64,000 bases of DNA from contig OZ244034.1 of assembly GCA_965215185.1 (NCBI GenBank), positions 544,001 through 608,000 on the forward strand. Direction: 5' to 3'. The stretch comes from Acidimicrobiia bacterium (lineage in GTDB: Bacteria > Actinomycetota > Acidimicrobiia > Spongiisociales > ZC4RG35). The notes under the pieces were generated by a model. That model saw only the letters and a program-made list of their open reading frames with translations, had not been told where the DNA came from and searched no databases. Numbering within the stretch: the stretch's first letter is position 1; every line of letters begins with the position of its first letter. Both the position numbers and the translations under genes were made by a program. Shown piece by piece: positions 1-9,078 of this stretch.

Positions 1-257
1 TGGAGGTGTCCAGCCAGGGTCTGCGCAACCCGGCCGGCGAGGTTTATCCTTCGCCAGCCTTTTTGAAGATGTTTGGGGAGGCCGGAATATCGATCACTCT
101 GGCCAGTGACGGGCACACAGCTGCGGAGGTGGCATGGGGAAGAAGGCAAGTGGTGGAGGCCGCTCGCCACGCTGGATACCGCACTCATCTGCGTTTTGAT
201 GGGCAGCCCCGTGAGGCGCCGCTTCCCGAGTCATTCCCGGGGGAGGACGGCGGATGA
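1..257 (+). CDS. PHP-family phosphatase, probably histidinol-phosphatase (3' part, cut by window edge)
   Basis: EVSSQGLRNPAGEVYPS and ITLASDGH match the C-terminal ExN/S..GL...YP and SDxH motifs of HisJ/HisK-type PHP enzymes. Confidence 0.75.
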   Translation, partial: EVSSQGLRNPAGEVYPSPAFLKMFGEAGISITLASDGHTAAEVAWGRRQVVEAARHAGYRTHLRFDGQPREAPLPESFPGEDGG

Positions 258-1498
258 TCGTAGAGGTGATCACGGTGGGGACCGAATTGCTGTTGGGGCA
301 GATCGTCAACGGAAACGCCGCCACCATCGGCCAGATCTTGGCCACGCAGGGATACGATGCCCACTTCCAGGTTACGGTGGGGGATAACCCGAAGCGGATG
401 GAATCGGCGATCACGGCAGCCTTGGGAAGGGCGGACGCCGTGATCATCACCGGAGGTATCGGACCAACCCCCGATGATCTGACCAGGGAGGCGATTTGTG
501 TGGTGGCCGGGCGGACCATGCTCTTCAGCGACGAATGGGCGAAGACTCTTCGGACGCGGTTTGCCGGGAGAGGATGGGTGATGCCGGTCAGCAATCTTCG
601 TCAGGCCGAATATCCCGAAGGCGCAGAACTGATCGAAAACCCGAAGGGCACCGCTCCGGGTTTGGCTCTTGCTCACCAGGGCAAGTGGATATTTGCTTTG
701 CCCGGGGTGCCCATGGAGATGGTGGAGATGCTCACCAATGATGTGATCCCCCGCCTCAGAAAGGCGTCAGGCGTCTCGCAGACGCTGGTGAGCAGGGTTA
801 TCAGGACCTGGGGGCGGTCGGAATCGCGGACCGCAGAGTTGCTGGAGCACATTTACCAGCGTTCAGAGAATCCGAGCCTGGCCTATCTGGCCTCCTCCGG
901 CGAGATCAAGGTGCGAATCACCGCCAAGGCGCCGGACCGTGCGACTGCGGAACGGATGATCGCTCCCATCTCTGAGCAGGTTTGCCAGCGTTTGGGATGG
1001 GCGGTGTTCGGTTTTGATGATCAGACCATCGAACGCAGGCTCCTGGAATTGCTGGAAGAGCGAGATTGGACGATCGGGACGGCTGAGTCCATGACTGCGG
1101 GGATGGTGGCGGCGCGAATTGCTTCCATGCCCGGTGCCTCCCGGGTGTTCCGGGGGTCGGTGGTGAGCTACGCGGCCGACCTCAAAGAAGAGATGCTCGG
1201 TGTGAAGGCTGAGACTCTGGAGAGCGGGGTGGTGTCGGCTCCTATCGCCCAGGAGATGGCGGAAGGCGCTCGGCGCGTCCTGGGGGTGGACGTGGGGGTG
1301 GGGATAACCGGCTCGGCCGGCCCGTCTCCCACCGAAGAGCCCGTTGGAGTGGTTTATGTTGGTGTGGCTACCCCCGAGGGGTCGGCCACCCGGCGGCTGC
1401 AGATGCCCGGCGACCGGGAACGGGTGCGTACCTACACAACCACCGCCGCGCTCCATCTGGCCCGGCTAGCCATCGGTGGAAGATGGTGGAATCAGTAG
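254..1498 (+). CDS. cinA: Competence/damage-inducible protein CinA (MoCF-like domain + PncC domain)
   Basis: VGTELLLGQIVN, GGIGPTPDDLT, AESMTAG, GITGSAGP; upstream of recA. Confidence 0.95.
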   Translation: MIVEVITVGTELLLGQIVNGNAATIGQILATQGYDAHFQVTVGDNPKRMESAITAALGRADAVIITGGIGPTPDDLTREAICVVAGRTMLFSDEWAKTLRTRFAGRGWVMPVSNLRQAEYPEGAELIENPKGTAPGLALAHQGKWIFALPGVPMEMVEMLTNDVIPRLRKASGVSQTLVSRVIRTWGRSESRTAELLEHIYQRSENPSLAYLASSGEIKVRITAKAPDRATAERMIAPISEQVCQRLGWAVFGFDDQTIERRLLELLEERDWTIGTAESMTAGMVAARIASMPGASRVFRGSVVSYAADLKEEMLGVKAETLESGVVSAPIAQEMAEGARRVLGVDVGVGITGSAGPSPTEEPVGVVYVGVATPEGSATRRLQMPGDRERVRTYTTTAALHLARLAIGGRWWNQ

Positions 1499-2043
1499 GC
1501 CGGATTTTTTTGGCGGTGGATCTCACACCGGATGCTCGCCAGGCGTTGAGCCACCGGGCTATGAACATGGCCGGGGACCGAGAGCTTCCCGGGCGGCTTG
1601 CCCTACCCCGAAATTGGCACATCACGCTTTGGTTTCTGGGCAATGTCTCTCAAGATAGGTTTGAGGTGATGCTGCATTTTCTGGCCGAGACGCCTCTAGG
1701 GCAGGCCTTCCGGTGCCGGTTCGGAAGGCTGGGGGCCTTTCCCCGGGCCGCCCGAGCTTCGGTGCTGTGGGTGGGTGTGTCCAAAGGAGCGAGGGAACTC
1801 GCTTCCTTGGCCGCCGGAGTGGGAGAAGTGGTGGAAGGGTCGGGGATACCAGTGTCGGAGCGTCCCTTTTCACCCCACCTCACCTTATCCCGGCTCCGCC
1901 CACCCCAAGATCTGCGGCCGCTGTTGGCCGCGGCTCCTGCGGCAGAGGTGGAGATGATGGTGAGGGAGGTTACGGTCTTTCGAAGCCATCTGGGAGGCGG
2001 GCCTCCCCGCTATGAGGTGATGGAACGGATCCCCCTCGGTTGA
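1483..2043 (+). CDS. thpR: RNA 2',3'-cyclic phosphodiesterase (2H family)
   Basis: Two HxT motifs (WHITLWFLG, FSPHLTLSR); RIFLAV N-terminus; cinA-thpR-recA order. Confidence 0.92.
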   Translation: MVESVGRIFLAVDLTPDARQALSHRAMNMAGDRELPGRLALPRNWHITLWFLGNVSQDRFEVMLHFLAETPLGQAFRCRFGRLGAFPRAARASVLWVGVSKGARELASLAAGVGEVVEGSGIPVSERPFSPHLTLSRLRPPQDLRPLLAAAPAAEVEMMVREVTVFRSHLGGGPPRYEVMERIPLG

Positions 2044-2085
2044 GGGGTGAGCGCCAGGTCGGCCAATAGGCGAAGATTTTTGGTA

Positions 2086-2101
2086 TCGAACGTGTGTTCG
2101 A
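2086..2101. promoter_or_regulatory. LexA SOS box upstream of recA
   Basis: TCGAAC-GTGT-GTTCGA, perfect actinobacterial consensus, directly followed by -10-like TATGAT (2103-2108). Confidence 0.92.
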
Positions 2102-2174
2102 TTATGATGTTGGTAAAACATTCGGCCACGATCACTTGACAAATGCTTCGCAGTCGAAGCACAATTATGTAGTT

Positions 2175-2197
2175 TTGTCACAGCGGTCCTGTAGCTT
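2175..2197 (+). promoter_or_regulatory. RecA-NDp/PafBC-like promoter of recA
   Basis: tTGTCAC-N10-TAGCTT compared with the mycobacterial TGTCGG-N10-TANNNT motif; proximal position like recA P1. Confidence 0.65.
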
Positions 2198-2230
2198 GTC
2201 TATGACCGTCCAAATAGAAAGGAACAACCG

Positions 2231-3283
2231 ATGGACAGGGATAAAGCCTTGGAGATGGTGTTAGGTCAGATCACCAAACAATATGGGAAAGGGGCGGTGA
2301 TGAGAATGGGCGCCGCTGCCCAAATAAGGAAAGAGGTAATCTCCACCGGTGCCTTGTCCTTGGATGTGGCTTTGGGAATCGGGGGTATGCCGCGGGGTAG
2401 GGTGGTAGAGATATATGGCCCGGAGAGTTCGGGAAAGACCACACTGGCGTTGCATGTAGTGGCCGAAGCCCAGCGCAACGGAGGAATAGCGGCTTTCATA
2501 GATGCCGAGCATTGCATGGATCCCGCTTACGCCAGTGTGTTGGGAGTGGATGTGGACGAACTGCTGATCTCTCAGCCGGACACCGGTGAACAGGCTCTGG
2601 AGATCGCCGATATGCTGATCCGCTCCGGTGCTTTGGATGTGTTGGTGATCGACTCGGTGGCGGCGTTGGTGCCCCGGGCGGAGATCGAAGGTGAGATGGG
2701 GGATACGCATATGGGTCTTCAGGCCCGATTGATGTCGCAGGCGTTGCGGAAGCTGGCCGGCTCATTGAATCGTTCCCGGACCACCGCCATCTTCATCAAT
2801 CAGTTGCGAGAAAAGATCGGAGTGATGTTCGGATCCCCGGAGACTACGCCTGGGGGTCGCGCTCTCAAGTTTTTTGCTTCGGTTCGGGTTGATGTGCGTC
2901 GCATCGGTTCAATCAAACACCGGGGCGAAGAGGTGGGAAACAGAATCAGGGCGAAGGTCGTGAAGAACAAGATGGCGCCCCCTTTCCGTAAAGCCGAGTT
3001 CGACATCATGTTCGGCAAGGGTATTTCTCGCGAGGGAAGTATTCTGGATGTCGCCCTGGACATGGGACTGGTGCAAAAGGCCGGTTCTTGGTTCTCTCTG
3101 GGCGATGATCAGCTTGGGCAGGGTAGGGAAAACGTCAAGCAGTTTCTTACTGAAAACCCCGAGATCGCCATGCAACTGCAGGCCAAGGTCTACGAAAAGG
3201 TTGGTTTCAATCTTCCCGGCCTGGATTCGGACCGAGAGGTGCGGGCAGTGTTGAACGTGATGGACAGTTCCGCGGCTCATTAA
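2231..3283 (+). CDS. recA: Recombinase A
   Basis: [41 protein letters not shown]; no intein. Confidence 0.99.
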   Translation: MDRDKALEMVLGQITKQYGKGAVMRMGAAAQIRKEVISTGALSLDVALGIGGMPRGRVVEIYGPESSGKTTLALHVVAEAQRNGGIAAFIDAEHCMDPAYASVLGVDVDELLISQPDTGEQALEIADMLIRSGALDVLVIDSVAALVPRAEIEGEMGDTHMGLQARLMSQALRKLAGSLNRSRTTAIFINQLREKIGVMFGSPETTPGGRALKFFASVRVDVRRIGSIKHRGEEVGNRIRAKVVKNKMAPPFRKAEFDIMFGKGISREGSILDVALDMGLVQKAGSWFSLGDDQLGQGRENVKQFLTENPEIAMQLQAKVYEKVGFNLPGLDSDREVRAVLNVMDSSAAH

Positions 3284-3376
3284 TCCGATTGGCAGGATCA
3301 GTGGATAATCTTCCGTCGCCGGCGGGATGACCATCTACAATGGGTATTGGATCTTGCTAACGATGTAAACCGAGAT

Positions 3377-3407
3377 ACAGGACCTTCCGCTTAGCGGGAG
3401 GTCCTGT
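3377..3407. other. 14-bp stem-loop between recA and rny (terminator or rny leader structure)
   Basis: ACAGGACCTTCCGC-TTA-GCGGGAGGTCCTGT, one G:U pair, no U-tract. Confidence 0.6.
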
Positions 3408-3437
3408 CCAATAGCTCGAGTTTGGGAACATTCCAAC

Positions 3438-4976
3438 ATGGAAATAAGTCAATTTGCTTTGATCGTGGCCTTGGTGGTCATGGTGGTGGTGGTAATTGTG
3501 GGTTTGATCATCACCCTGATCCGAGGACGGGTAGGTGGTTCCTCCCCTGTGGAAGACAAGGTAGCCGAAGCCCGTTTGGAGGCGCAGCGGATTCTGGCCA
3601 GGGCTGAAGAGGAGGCGCGAGCGCGCGCCGAGGAGAGAAGGGTTGTTGAGGAGGAGACCTTGGCCCGCCAGAGGGAAATGGTGGAGGCCCGCGGTAGGCG
3701 GACCTTGCAAAGGGAGGAGAGGCTCGACGAGCAGGCCGGCAACCTGGAGAAACGGGAACGGCTCCTCATAGAACGGGAAGTGGAGGCCAAGAGACTGAGG
3801 CTGGAAGCCCAAGATGTGGAAGACAAGGCATGGGCCGATTTGACCCGGTTGGCCGGTCTCGAACGGGGTGAAGCCCGCAAGCAAATCATGGAAAAGGTCG
3901 AGCACGAAGCCCGCCGGGACGCCATGATGTTGATCCGCGACATCGAGATCCGCTCCCGAGAGGAAGCCGAGTGGCGGTCACGGCGAATACTGGCGGGTGT
4001 TGTGCAGCGTATGTCCCATCAGGTTGTGAAGGATGCCACTTCTACAGTGATCGTATTACCGAGCGAGCACATGAAAGGCCGGATAATCGGCCGGGAGGGT
4101 CGTAATATCCGGGCGTTCGAAGCCGCTTCCGGGGTCAGTTTGATCATCGATGACAAGTTGCCCGAGGCTGTAGTTCTTAACAGTTACGATCCGATTCGAC
4201 GGGAAGTGGCCCGTTTGGCGTTGGAGAAGTTGATACTTGATGGTCGTCTCAATCCCACTGCTATTGAAGAGGCGGTGGCGAAGGCCGAGTCGGAGGTTTC
4301 CCATTCCATCCAGGATGCCGGTGAGGGGGCGCTTTTGGAAGTCAACCTAAGCAAGATGCGCCCGGAATTGATTGAGCTTTTGGGGCAGCTTCGATACCGC
4401 ACTTCCTACGGTCAGAATGTCTTGGATCATTTAGTGGAGTCGGCTCATGCCGCAAGTCTTTTGGCCAGCGAGTTGGGAGTAGACCCCGTGCCGGTGAAAC
4501 GGGCGGCGTTGTTGCATGACATCGGTAAGGCGGTCAGCCACAAACTGGAAGGTTCCCATGCACACGTCGGCGCCGAGATTGCTCGCCGCCTGGGAGAAGA
4601 CCCCGAGGTGGTGCATGGCATCGAGGCGCATCATAACGAGGTGGCGCCCCGTACCGTCCTGGCGGTGCTGGTACAAGCCGCAGATGCGCTGTCGGCTGCC
4701 CGGCCTGGGGCTCGTCGTGAATCATTTGAGCAGTACACCCAGAAGCTGGAGAATCTGGAAAAGATTGCCGCTTCCTACGACGGCGTTGATAAGGCCTATG
4801 CATTTCAGGCGGGGAGGGAGGTGAGGGTGCTGGTCAACCCGCGGCACGTTGACGATCTAACCGCCGGAGCCCTGGCTCGACAGATCGCCCGCAGGGTGGA
4901 AAAGGAGATGCAGTATCCAGGCAAGATCGAAGTGACAGTTATCAGGGAAAGTCGCTATACGGATTTCGCCCGATGA
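3438..4976 (+). CDS. rny: Ribonuclease Y
   Basis: N-terminal TM helix, coiled coil, KH motif MKGRIIGREGRNIR, HD motif LLHDIGK. Confidence 0.97.
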   Translation: MEISQFALIVALVVMVVVVIVGLIITLIRGRVGGSSPVEDKVAEARLEAQRILARAEEEARARAEERRVVEEETLARQREMVEARGRRTLQREERLDEQAGNLEKRERLLIEREVEAKRLRLEAQDVEDKAWADLTRLAGLERGEARKQIMEKVEHEARRDAMMLIRDIEIRSREEAEWRSRRILAGVVQRMSHQVVKDATSTVIVLPSEHMKGRIIGREGRNIRAFEAASGVSLIIDDKLPEAVVLNSYDPIRREVARLALEKLILDGRLNPTAIEEAVAKAESEVSHSIQDAGEGALLEVNLSKMRPELIELLGQLRYRTSYGQNVLDHLVESAHAASLLASELGVDPVPVKRAALLHDIGKAVSHKLEGSHAHVGAEIARRLGEDPEVVHGIEAHHNEVAPRTVLAVLVQAADALSAARPGARRESFEQYTQKLENLEKIAASYDGVDKAYAFQAGREVRVLVNPRHVDDLTAGALARQIARRVEKEMQYPGKIEVTVIRESRYTDFAR

Positions 4977-6361
4977 GCACCGTATTGCTTTCCCGCCCGG
5001 TCCGTAAGGTCCGGGAGTCTGGTCGGACGCCGAAGAGAGAAGGGCAGACGTACTATTTGCGCACTTTCGGGTGCCAGATGAATGAGCATGATTCCGAGCG
5101 AATCGCTGGCTTGTTCGAGTTGGATGGTATGGCCCCCGCTGCCTCCCTGACTGAAGCTGATGTTGTTTTCCTCAACACCTGCACCATTCGCGAGAATGCC
5201 GATAACCGCCTGTACGGGAATCTGGGACAGTTGAAGCCTTTGAAGGATGAACGGCCGGACATGATGCTGGTGGTAGGAGGATGCGCCGCTCAGAAAGACC
5301 GTCAGTTGGTGAGAGAAAGAGCGCCCTGGGTGGATGTGGTGATGGGTACCCACAATCTGGGACGGGTGCTGGATCTTCTTGACTATGCCCAGGAATGGGG
5401 AGGCGTCACCGAGATATATGAATCGTTGCATGACATGCCGTCGCTACTGCCCACTCGGCGGGAGGCCGAACACACGGCATGGGTTACGGTGCAATTGGGA
5501 TGCAACAACACTTGCACATTCTGCATTGTGCCTGCCGTCCGGGGCCCTGAAGTGAGTCGTCGACCGGGCGAAATCGTGAGAGAAGTTGAGCAGTTGGTAT
5601 CCGAGGGAGTGGTGGAAATTACCCTGCTGGGCCAAAACATCGACACTTACGGGCGTGACTTGGCGTTGGGTGGACGCCGCCGGCCTATCTTCGCAGAGTT
5701 GCTGCGGCGCGTGGGGGACGTGGAGGGGGTTCGACGCATCCGTTTCACCAGCCCGCATCCCGCTGATTTCCGGGAGAACGTGGCAATGGCCATGGCTGAG
5801 ACCGAGGCGGTATGTGAGCAGTTGCATCTTCCTCTGCAAAGCGGCAGCGACCGTATCCTGGCCAAAATGCACCGGGGCTACAACGCTGAACGATTCCTGG
5901 GCCGTTTGGCAATGGCTAGAAGGATTGTTGCCGACCTGACGGTTTCAACCGATATCATCGTCGGCTTTCCGGGGGAGACCGACGCCGATTTCGAAAGGAC
6001 GTTGGAGGTGGTGGCAGAAGCCCGGTTTGATCAGGCTTTCATGTTCATTTTCTCCGCCCGGCCGGGAACGGCCGCGGCCGCGATGACAGACCAATTTGTT
6101 GATCCCGGCCTGGTAAAGCAGCGATTTCAGCGTCTGGTGGAACTTCAGAACCGCATCTCGGAGGAGATAAACGCCGAGATGGTCGGCAGCAAGGTGGAGG
6201 TGTTGGTGGAGGGACCTTCCCGCAAGGATCCTCAAGTAGTCAAGTCCCGCACTCGGGGAGGAAAGATCGTTCATATACCCGGGGAGTATCCCGTCGGATC
6301 TTTCCTAGAGGCCGAGATCACTTTAGCCAGGAGACATCACATGATGGGGAGGCTGTACTGA
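4973..6361 (+). CDS. miaB: tRNA methylthiotransferase MiaB
   Basis: TFGCQMNEHDSE, CNNTCTFC radical-SAM motif, DIIVGFPGET, C-terminal TRAM domain. Confidence 0.97.
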   Translation: MSTVLLSRPVRKVRESGRTPKREGQTYYLRTFGCQMNEHDSERIAGLFELDGMAPAASLTEADVVFLNTCTIRENADNRLYGNLGQLKPLKDERPDMMLVVGGCAAQKDRQLVRERAPWVDVVMGTHNLGRVLDLLDYAQEWGGVTEIYESLHDMPSLLPTRREAEHTAWVTVQLGCNNTCTFCIVPAVRGPEVSRRPGEIVREVEQLVSEGVVEITLLGQNIDTYGRDLALGGRRRPIFAELLRRVGDVEGVRRIRFTSPHPADFRENVAMAMAETEAVCEQLHLPLQSGSDRILAKMHRGYNAERFLGRLAMARRIVADLTVSTDIIVGFPGETDADFERTLEVVAEARFDQAFMFIFSARPGTAAAAMTDQFVDPGLVKQRFQRLVELQNRISEEINAEMVGSKVEVLVEGPSRKDPQVVKSRTRGGKIVHIPGEYPVGSFLEAEITLARRHHMMGRLY

Positions 6362-6369
6362 GCCCACTG

Positions 6370-7263
6370 ATGGCGGTGGTGGGTCCCACCGCTTCCGCGA
6401 AAAGCGAGGTGGCGATGGGTTTGGCCGAAAGAACCGGCGGAGAAATCATCTCTGTGGATTCCGTGCAGGTTTATCGGGGAATGGATATCGGCGCGGCCAA
6501 GCCATCGCCGCTTATGCAGGCTCAGATTCGCCATCACCTGATCGATGTGGTTGATCCGCAAGAGCCCTTTACTGTTGCTGAGTTCCAAAAGACTGCGCGG
6601 AGGGTTATCGCCGAATCAAGTATCCCTCTGATCATCTGCGGTGGCTCCGGTCTGCACTTTCGGGCCGTGGTTGACCCTTTTACTTTTCCTCCCCATGACC
6701 CGGCGGTACGAGCCGGTCTGGATCTTTTGGCGCCTGCCATAGCCCGTGACCGGTTGCTTGCGGCGGATCCGGCCGCGGGCCTCCGTCTGGATTTGGCGAA
6801 TCCCCGGCGGGTGGCCCGCGCCTTGGAGGTGCTGACCCTGACCGGATCCACTCCTTCGCAGCGGGCGGAAGGACCCTTTCGTTCTGAGGTGAATAACTAC
6901 CAGGCGATGATCCCCTTCAGGGCAGTAGGGCTCGACCCGGGGGAGAACATCGGCGAGCGGGTTTCCGCCCGGTTGAAGGCAATGAGAAGGGAAGGGTTCT
7001 TGGACGAGGTGGCCTCTTTGGCCGACCGGATGGGCCCCACTGCTTCCCAGGCGGTGGGCTATCGCCAACTTCTGGACGTGGTGCGGGGCGAGATTACCGA
7101 AGAGGAGGGGTTTAGGCGGGCCGAGCGGGCTACATTGGCGTTAGTGAAAAGACAGCGGACCTTTTTTCGGCGGGATCCAAGGATTCGATGGCTGCCTTGG
7201 TCTCCGGATCCCGATGAGAGGCTGGCCGGGGCCTGGGAGGCGTTTTCGGGACAGTGGTCATGA
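6370..7263 (+). CDS. miaA: tRNA dimethylallyltransferase (start may be CTG at 6358)
   Basis: GPTASAKS, DSVQVYRGMDIGAAKP, GGSGLH, KRQRTFF. Confidence 0.96.
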   Translation: MAVVGPTASAKSEVAMGLAERTGGEIISVDSVQVYRGMDIGAAKPSPLMQAQIRHHLIDVVDPQEPFTVAEFQKTARRVIAESSIPLIICGGSGLHFRAVVDPFTFPPHDPAVRAGLDLLAPAIARDRLLAADPAAGLRLDLANPRRVARALEVLTLTGSTPSQRAEGPFRSEVNNYQAMIPFRAVGLDPGENIGERVSARLKAMRREGFLDEVASLADRMGPTASQAVGYRQLLDVVRGEITEEEGFRRAERATLALVKRQRTFFRRDPRIRWLPWSPDPDERLAGAWEAFSGQWS

Positions 7264-8003
7264 AGTTTTGGAAAATGGAGGGTTTGGGAAACGATTTCGT
7301 TGTGATCGTAGGTCCCTGCTCGCTCTCGGCCCCGGAGGTGGCTGCTCTTTGTGATCGACGCCGGGGAGTGGGCGCTGACGGGGTGCTGGTGGTTACGGGG
7401 GATGGGGAGCGGGTTGGCATGTCTTACTTCAACGCAGACGGGTCGACGGCCGAGATGTGTGGAAACGGGCTGCGCTGTGTAGCCAGGCTGGCAGTGGACC
7501 AGGGGATGGTGCGGACTTCGGAGTTCGTAGTCGAAACGGCGGTCGGTGCCCGGATCGTCAAGGTTTCCGCTTCGGAAGTTACGGCTGAGCTCGGGAGGGT
7601 CACGGTGGGAGAGAGTCGGCGGATCGCGGACCGCGATTTCCAGTTGGTTTCGGTGGGCAACCCTCACGCGGTCACCTGGGTGGATGAACTGGATGGTATC
7701 CCGTTGGAAGCAACCGGGGAGGCGTTGCAGGAGCGGTTTAGCGCCGGGGTCAATGTGGAGATGGTGAGAGTGGCGTCCCCGCAGCGACTGTTGATGCGGG
7801 TTTGGGAAAGAGGTGTGGGGGAGACCAGGGCATGCGGTACGGGAGCGGTAGCGGCGGTGGCCGCTGGCTTGGCCCAGGGCCTCACGGCGCCGGAGGTGCA
7901 GGTGCGGTTGGCCGGAGGTGAAATCCAAGTCAAATTGGAAAGTGACACTTCGTGGATTACGGGCCCGGCTCGGTTGGTCTACCGAGGAGAGTGGCCGGAT
8001 TGA
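7260..8003 (+). CDS. dapF: Diaminopimelate epimerase
   Basis: GLGNDF, EMCGNGLRC, GNPH, ERGVGETRACGTG. Confidence 0.96.
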   Translation: MKFWKMEGLGNDFVVIVGPCSLSAPEVAALCDRRRGVGADGVLVVTGDGERVGMSYFNADGSTAEMCGNGLRCVARLAVDQGMVRTSEFVVETAVGARIVKVSASEVTAELGRVTVGESRRIADRDFQLVSVGNPHAVTWVDELDGIPLEATGEALQERFSAGVNVEMVRVASPQRLLMRVWERGVGETRACGTGAVAAVAAGLAQGLTAPEVQVRLAGGEIQVKLESDTSWITGPARLVYRGEWPD

Positions 8004-8050
8004 TGCATTGCTCGCGCCAGTAGCCGGCGCGGAGCAATATCCGACACAGG

Positions 8051-8686
8051 TTACCTGAGGGAGCGGAACACCGTAACCACCTTGCCGAGGATGCGGGGCT
8101 GGTCGGGGGAGAACGGAGGGAAGTCGGGATTCTCCGAATGGAGTTCAATCCGCCCATCCGACCGAAAACGGACCCGTTTGACGGTGGCTTCGGTTTCGTC
8201 TACTAGGACAGCAGCTATCTCGCCGTTTTCCACGGTGGGTTGGCTTCTCACCACCACGATGTCACCAGGAAGAATCCCTGCCCCGGTCATAGATTCCCCA
8301 TTCACCTCCAACATGAACAGCTCCCCCTTTCCCACCAACTGAGTGGGAAGGCTCAGTACCTCTTCGACATGCTGGTCGGCCAGGGTTGGTTCCCCGGCGG
8401 CGATGGTTCCCAGCAGGGGGATCCGTTGGAATGAAGGCGGGCTTTGGGACCGTGATGGCGCCATTGGCGGACGCTCCTCCACCACCACCAGGGCGCGGGG
8501 CTTGGAGGGATCCCGGCGAAGCCTGCCGGCCCGGACCAAGGCCGAAATCTGGGCATGCACCGAAGATGGGGAAGCCAGACCCACTGCCTCCCCTATCTCC
8601 CGTACGGTGGGCGGATATCCGCGGTTTTCTATCCGACGCTTGATGAGGTCCAATATTTGGCGCTGGCGGGTGGTTAGGTGGGTCAT
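8051..8686 (-). CDS. lexA: SOS repressor LexA
   Basis: LTTRQRQIL, GYPPTVREIG, AAG cleavage site, GESM Ser, TVK Lys; start reset to ATG 8686. Confidence 0.97.
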   Translation of the reverse strand: MTHLTTRQRQILDLIKRRIENRGYPPTVREIGEAVGLASPSSVHAQISALVRAGRLRRDPSKPRALVVVEERPPMAPSRSQSPPSFQRIPLLGTIAAGEPTLADQHVEEVLSLPTQLVGKGELFMLEVNGESMTGAGILPGDIVVVRSQPTVENGEIAAVLVDETEATVKRVRFRSDGRIELHSENPDFPPFSPDQPRILGKVVTVFRSLR

Positions 8687-8719
8687 AATGGGGAACCCTA
8701 GCCGAATCCGATCGCTAAA

Positions 8720-8782
8720 ACAAACATATGTTCGGTTTGGGACTCGAACATATGTTCTGTATAGTATCGAACATGCGTTCGA
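8720..8782. promoter_or_regulatory. Three LexA boxes in the divergent lexA/LysM promoter
   Basis: ACAAAC-ATAT-GTTCGG (8720), TCGAAC-ATAT-GTTCTG (8744), TCGAAC-ATGC-GTTCGA (8767); -10 TATAGT at 8760-8765. Confidence 0.9.
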
Positions 8783-9078
8783 CACATACAGAATCACGGA
8801 CAGGCTGGCGAGCCATTGTTCTGGGGCTTTTGCTGGTGTTGATCATCGGGGCATTTTTGTTGTTGTTCGAAGAGGAAGCGGTGAGCGCGTCCGGTGGACC
8901 GCAGGTGACGTCGGTGGTGGTGGAGCCCGGGGACACCCTGTGGGAAATCGCCGACAGATTCGCACCGGAAAGCGCCGATCTTCGGGTAGTGATCAAGGAA
9001 CTGGTAGCGCTGAACGAGTTGCAATCAAAGGTGTTGAAACCTGGTCAGGTACTTCAGGTTCCTTCTGAAAGGCTTTGA
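8773..9078 (+). CDS. Membrane-anchored LysM protein, YneA/ChiZ-like SOS division inhibitor
   Basis: TM helix then VEPGDTLWEIA...LNEL...LKPGQVLQVP; divergent from lexA behind SOS boxes. Confidence 0.88.
   Translation: MRSTHTESRTGWRAIVLGLLLVLIIGAFLLLFEEEAVSASGGPQVTSVVVEPGDTLWEIADRFAPESADLRVVIKELVALNELQSKVLKPGQVLQVPSERL

Noticed and set aside
8687-8797. N-terminal extension of LexA with repeated RTYV peptides
   Set aside because: These are the translated SOS boxes; the real start is 8686
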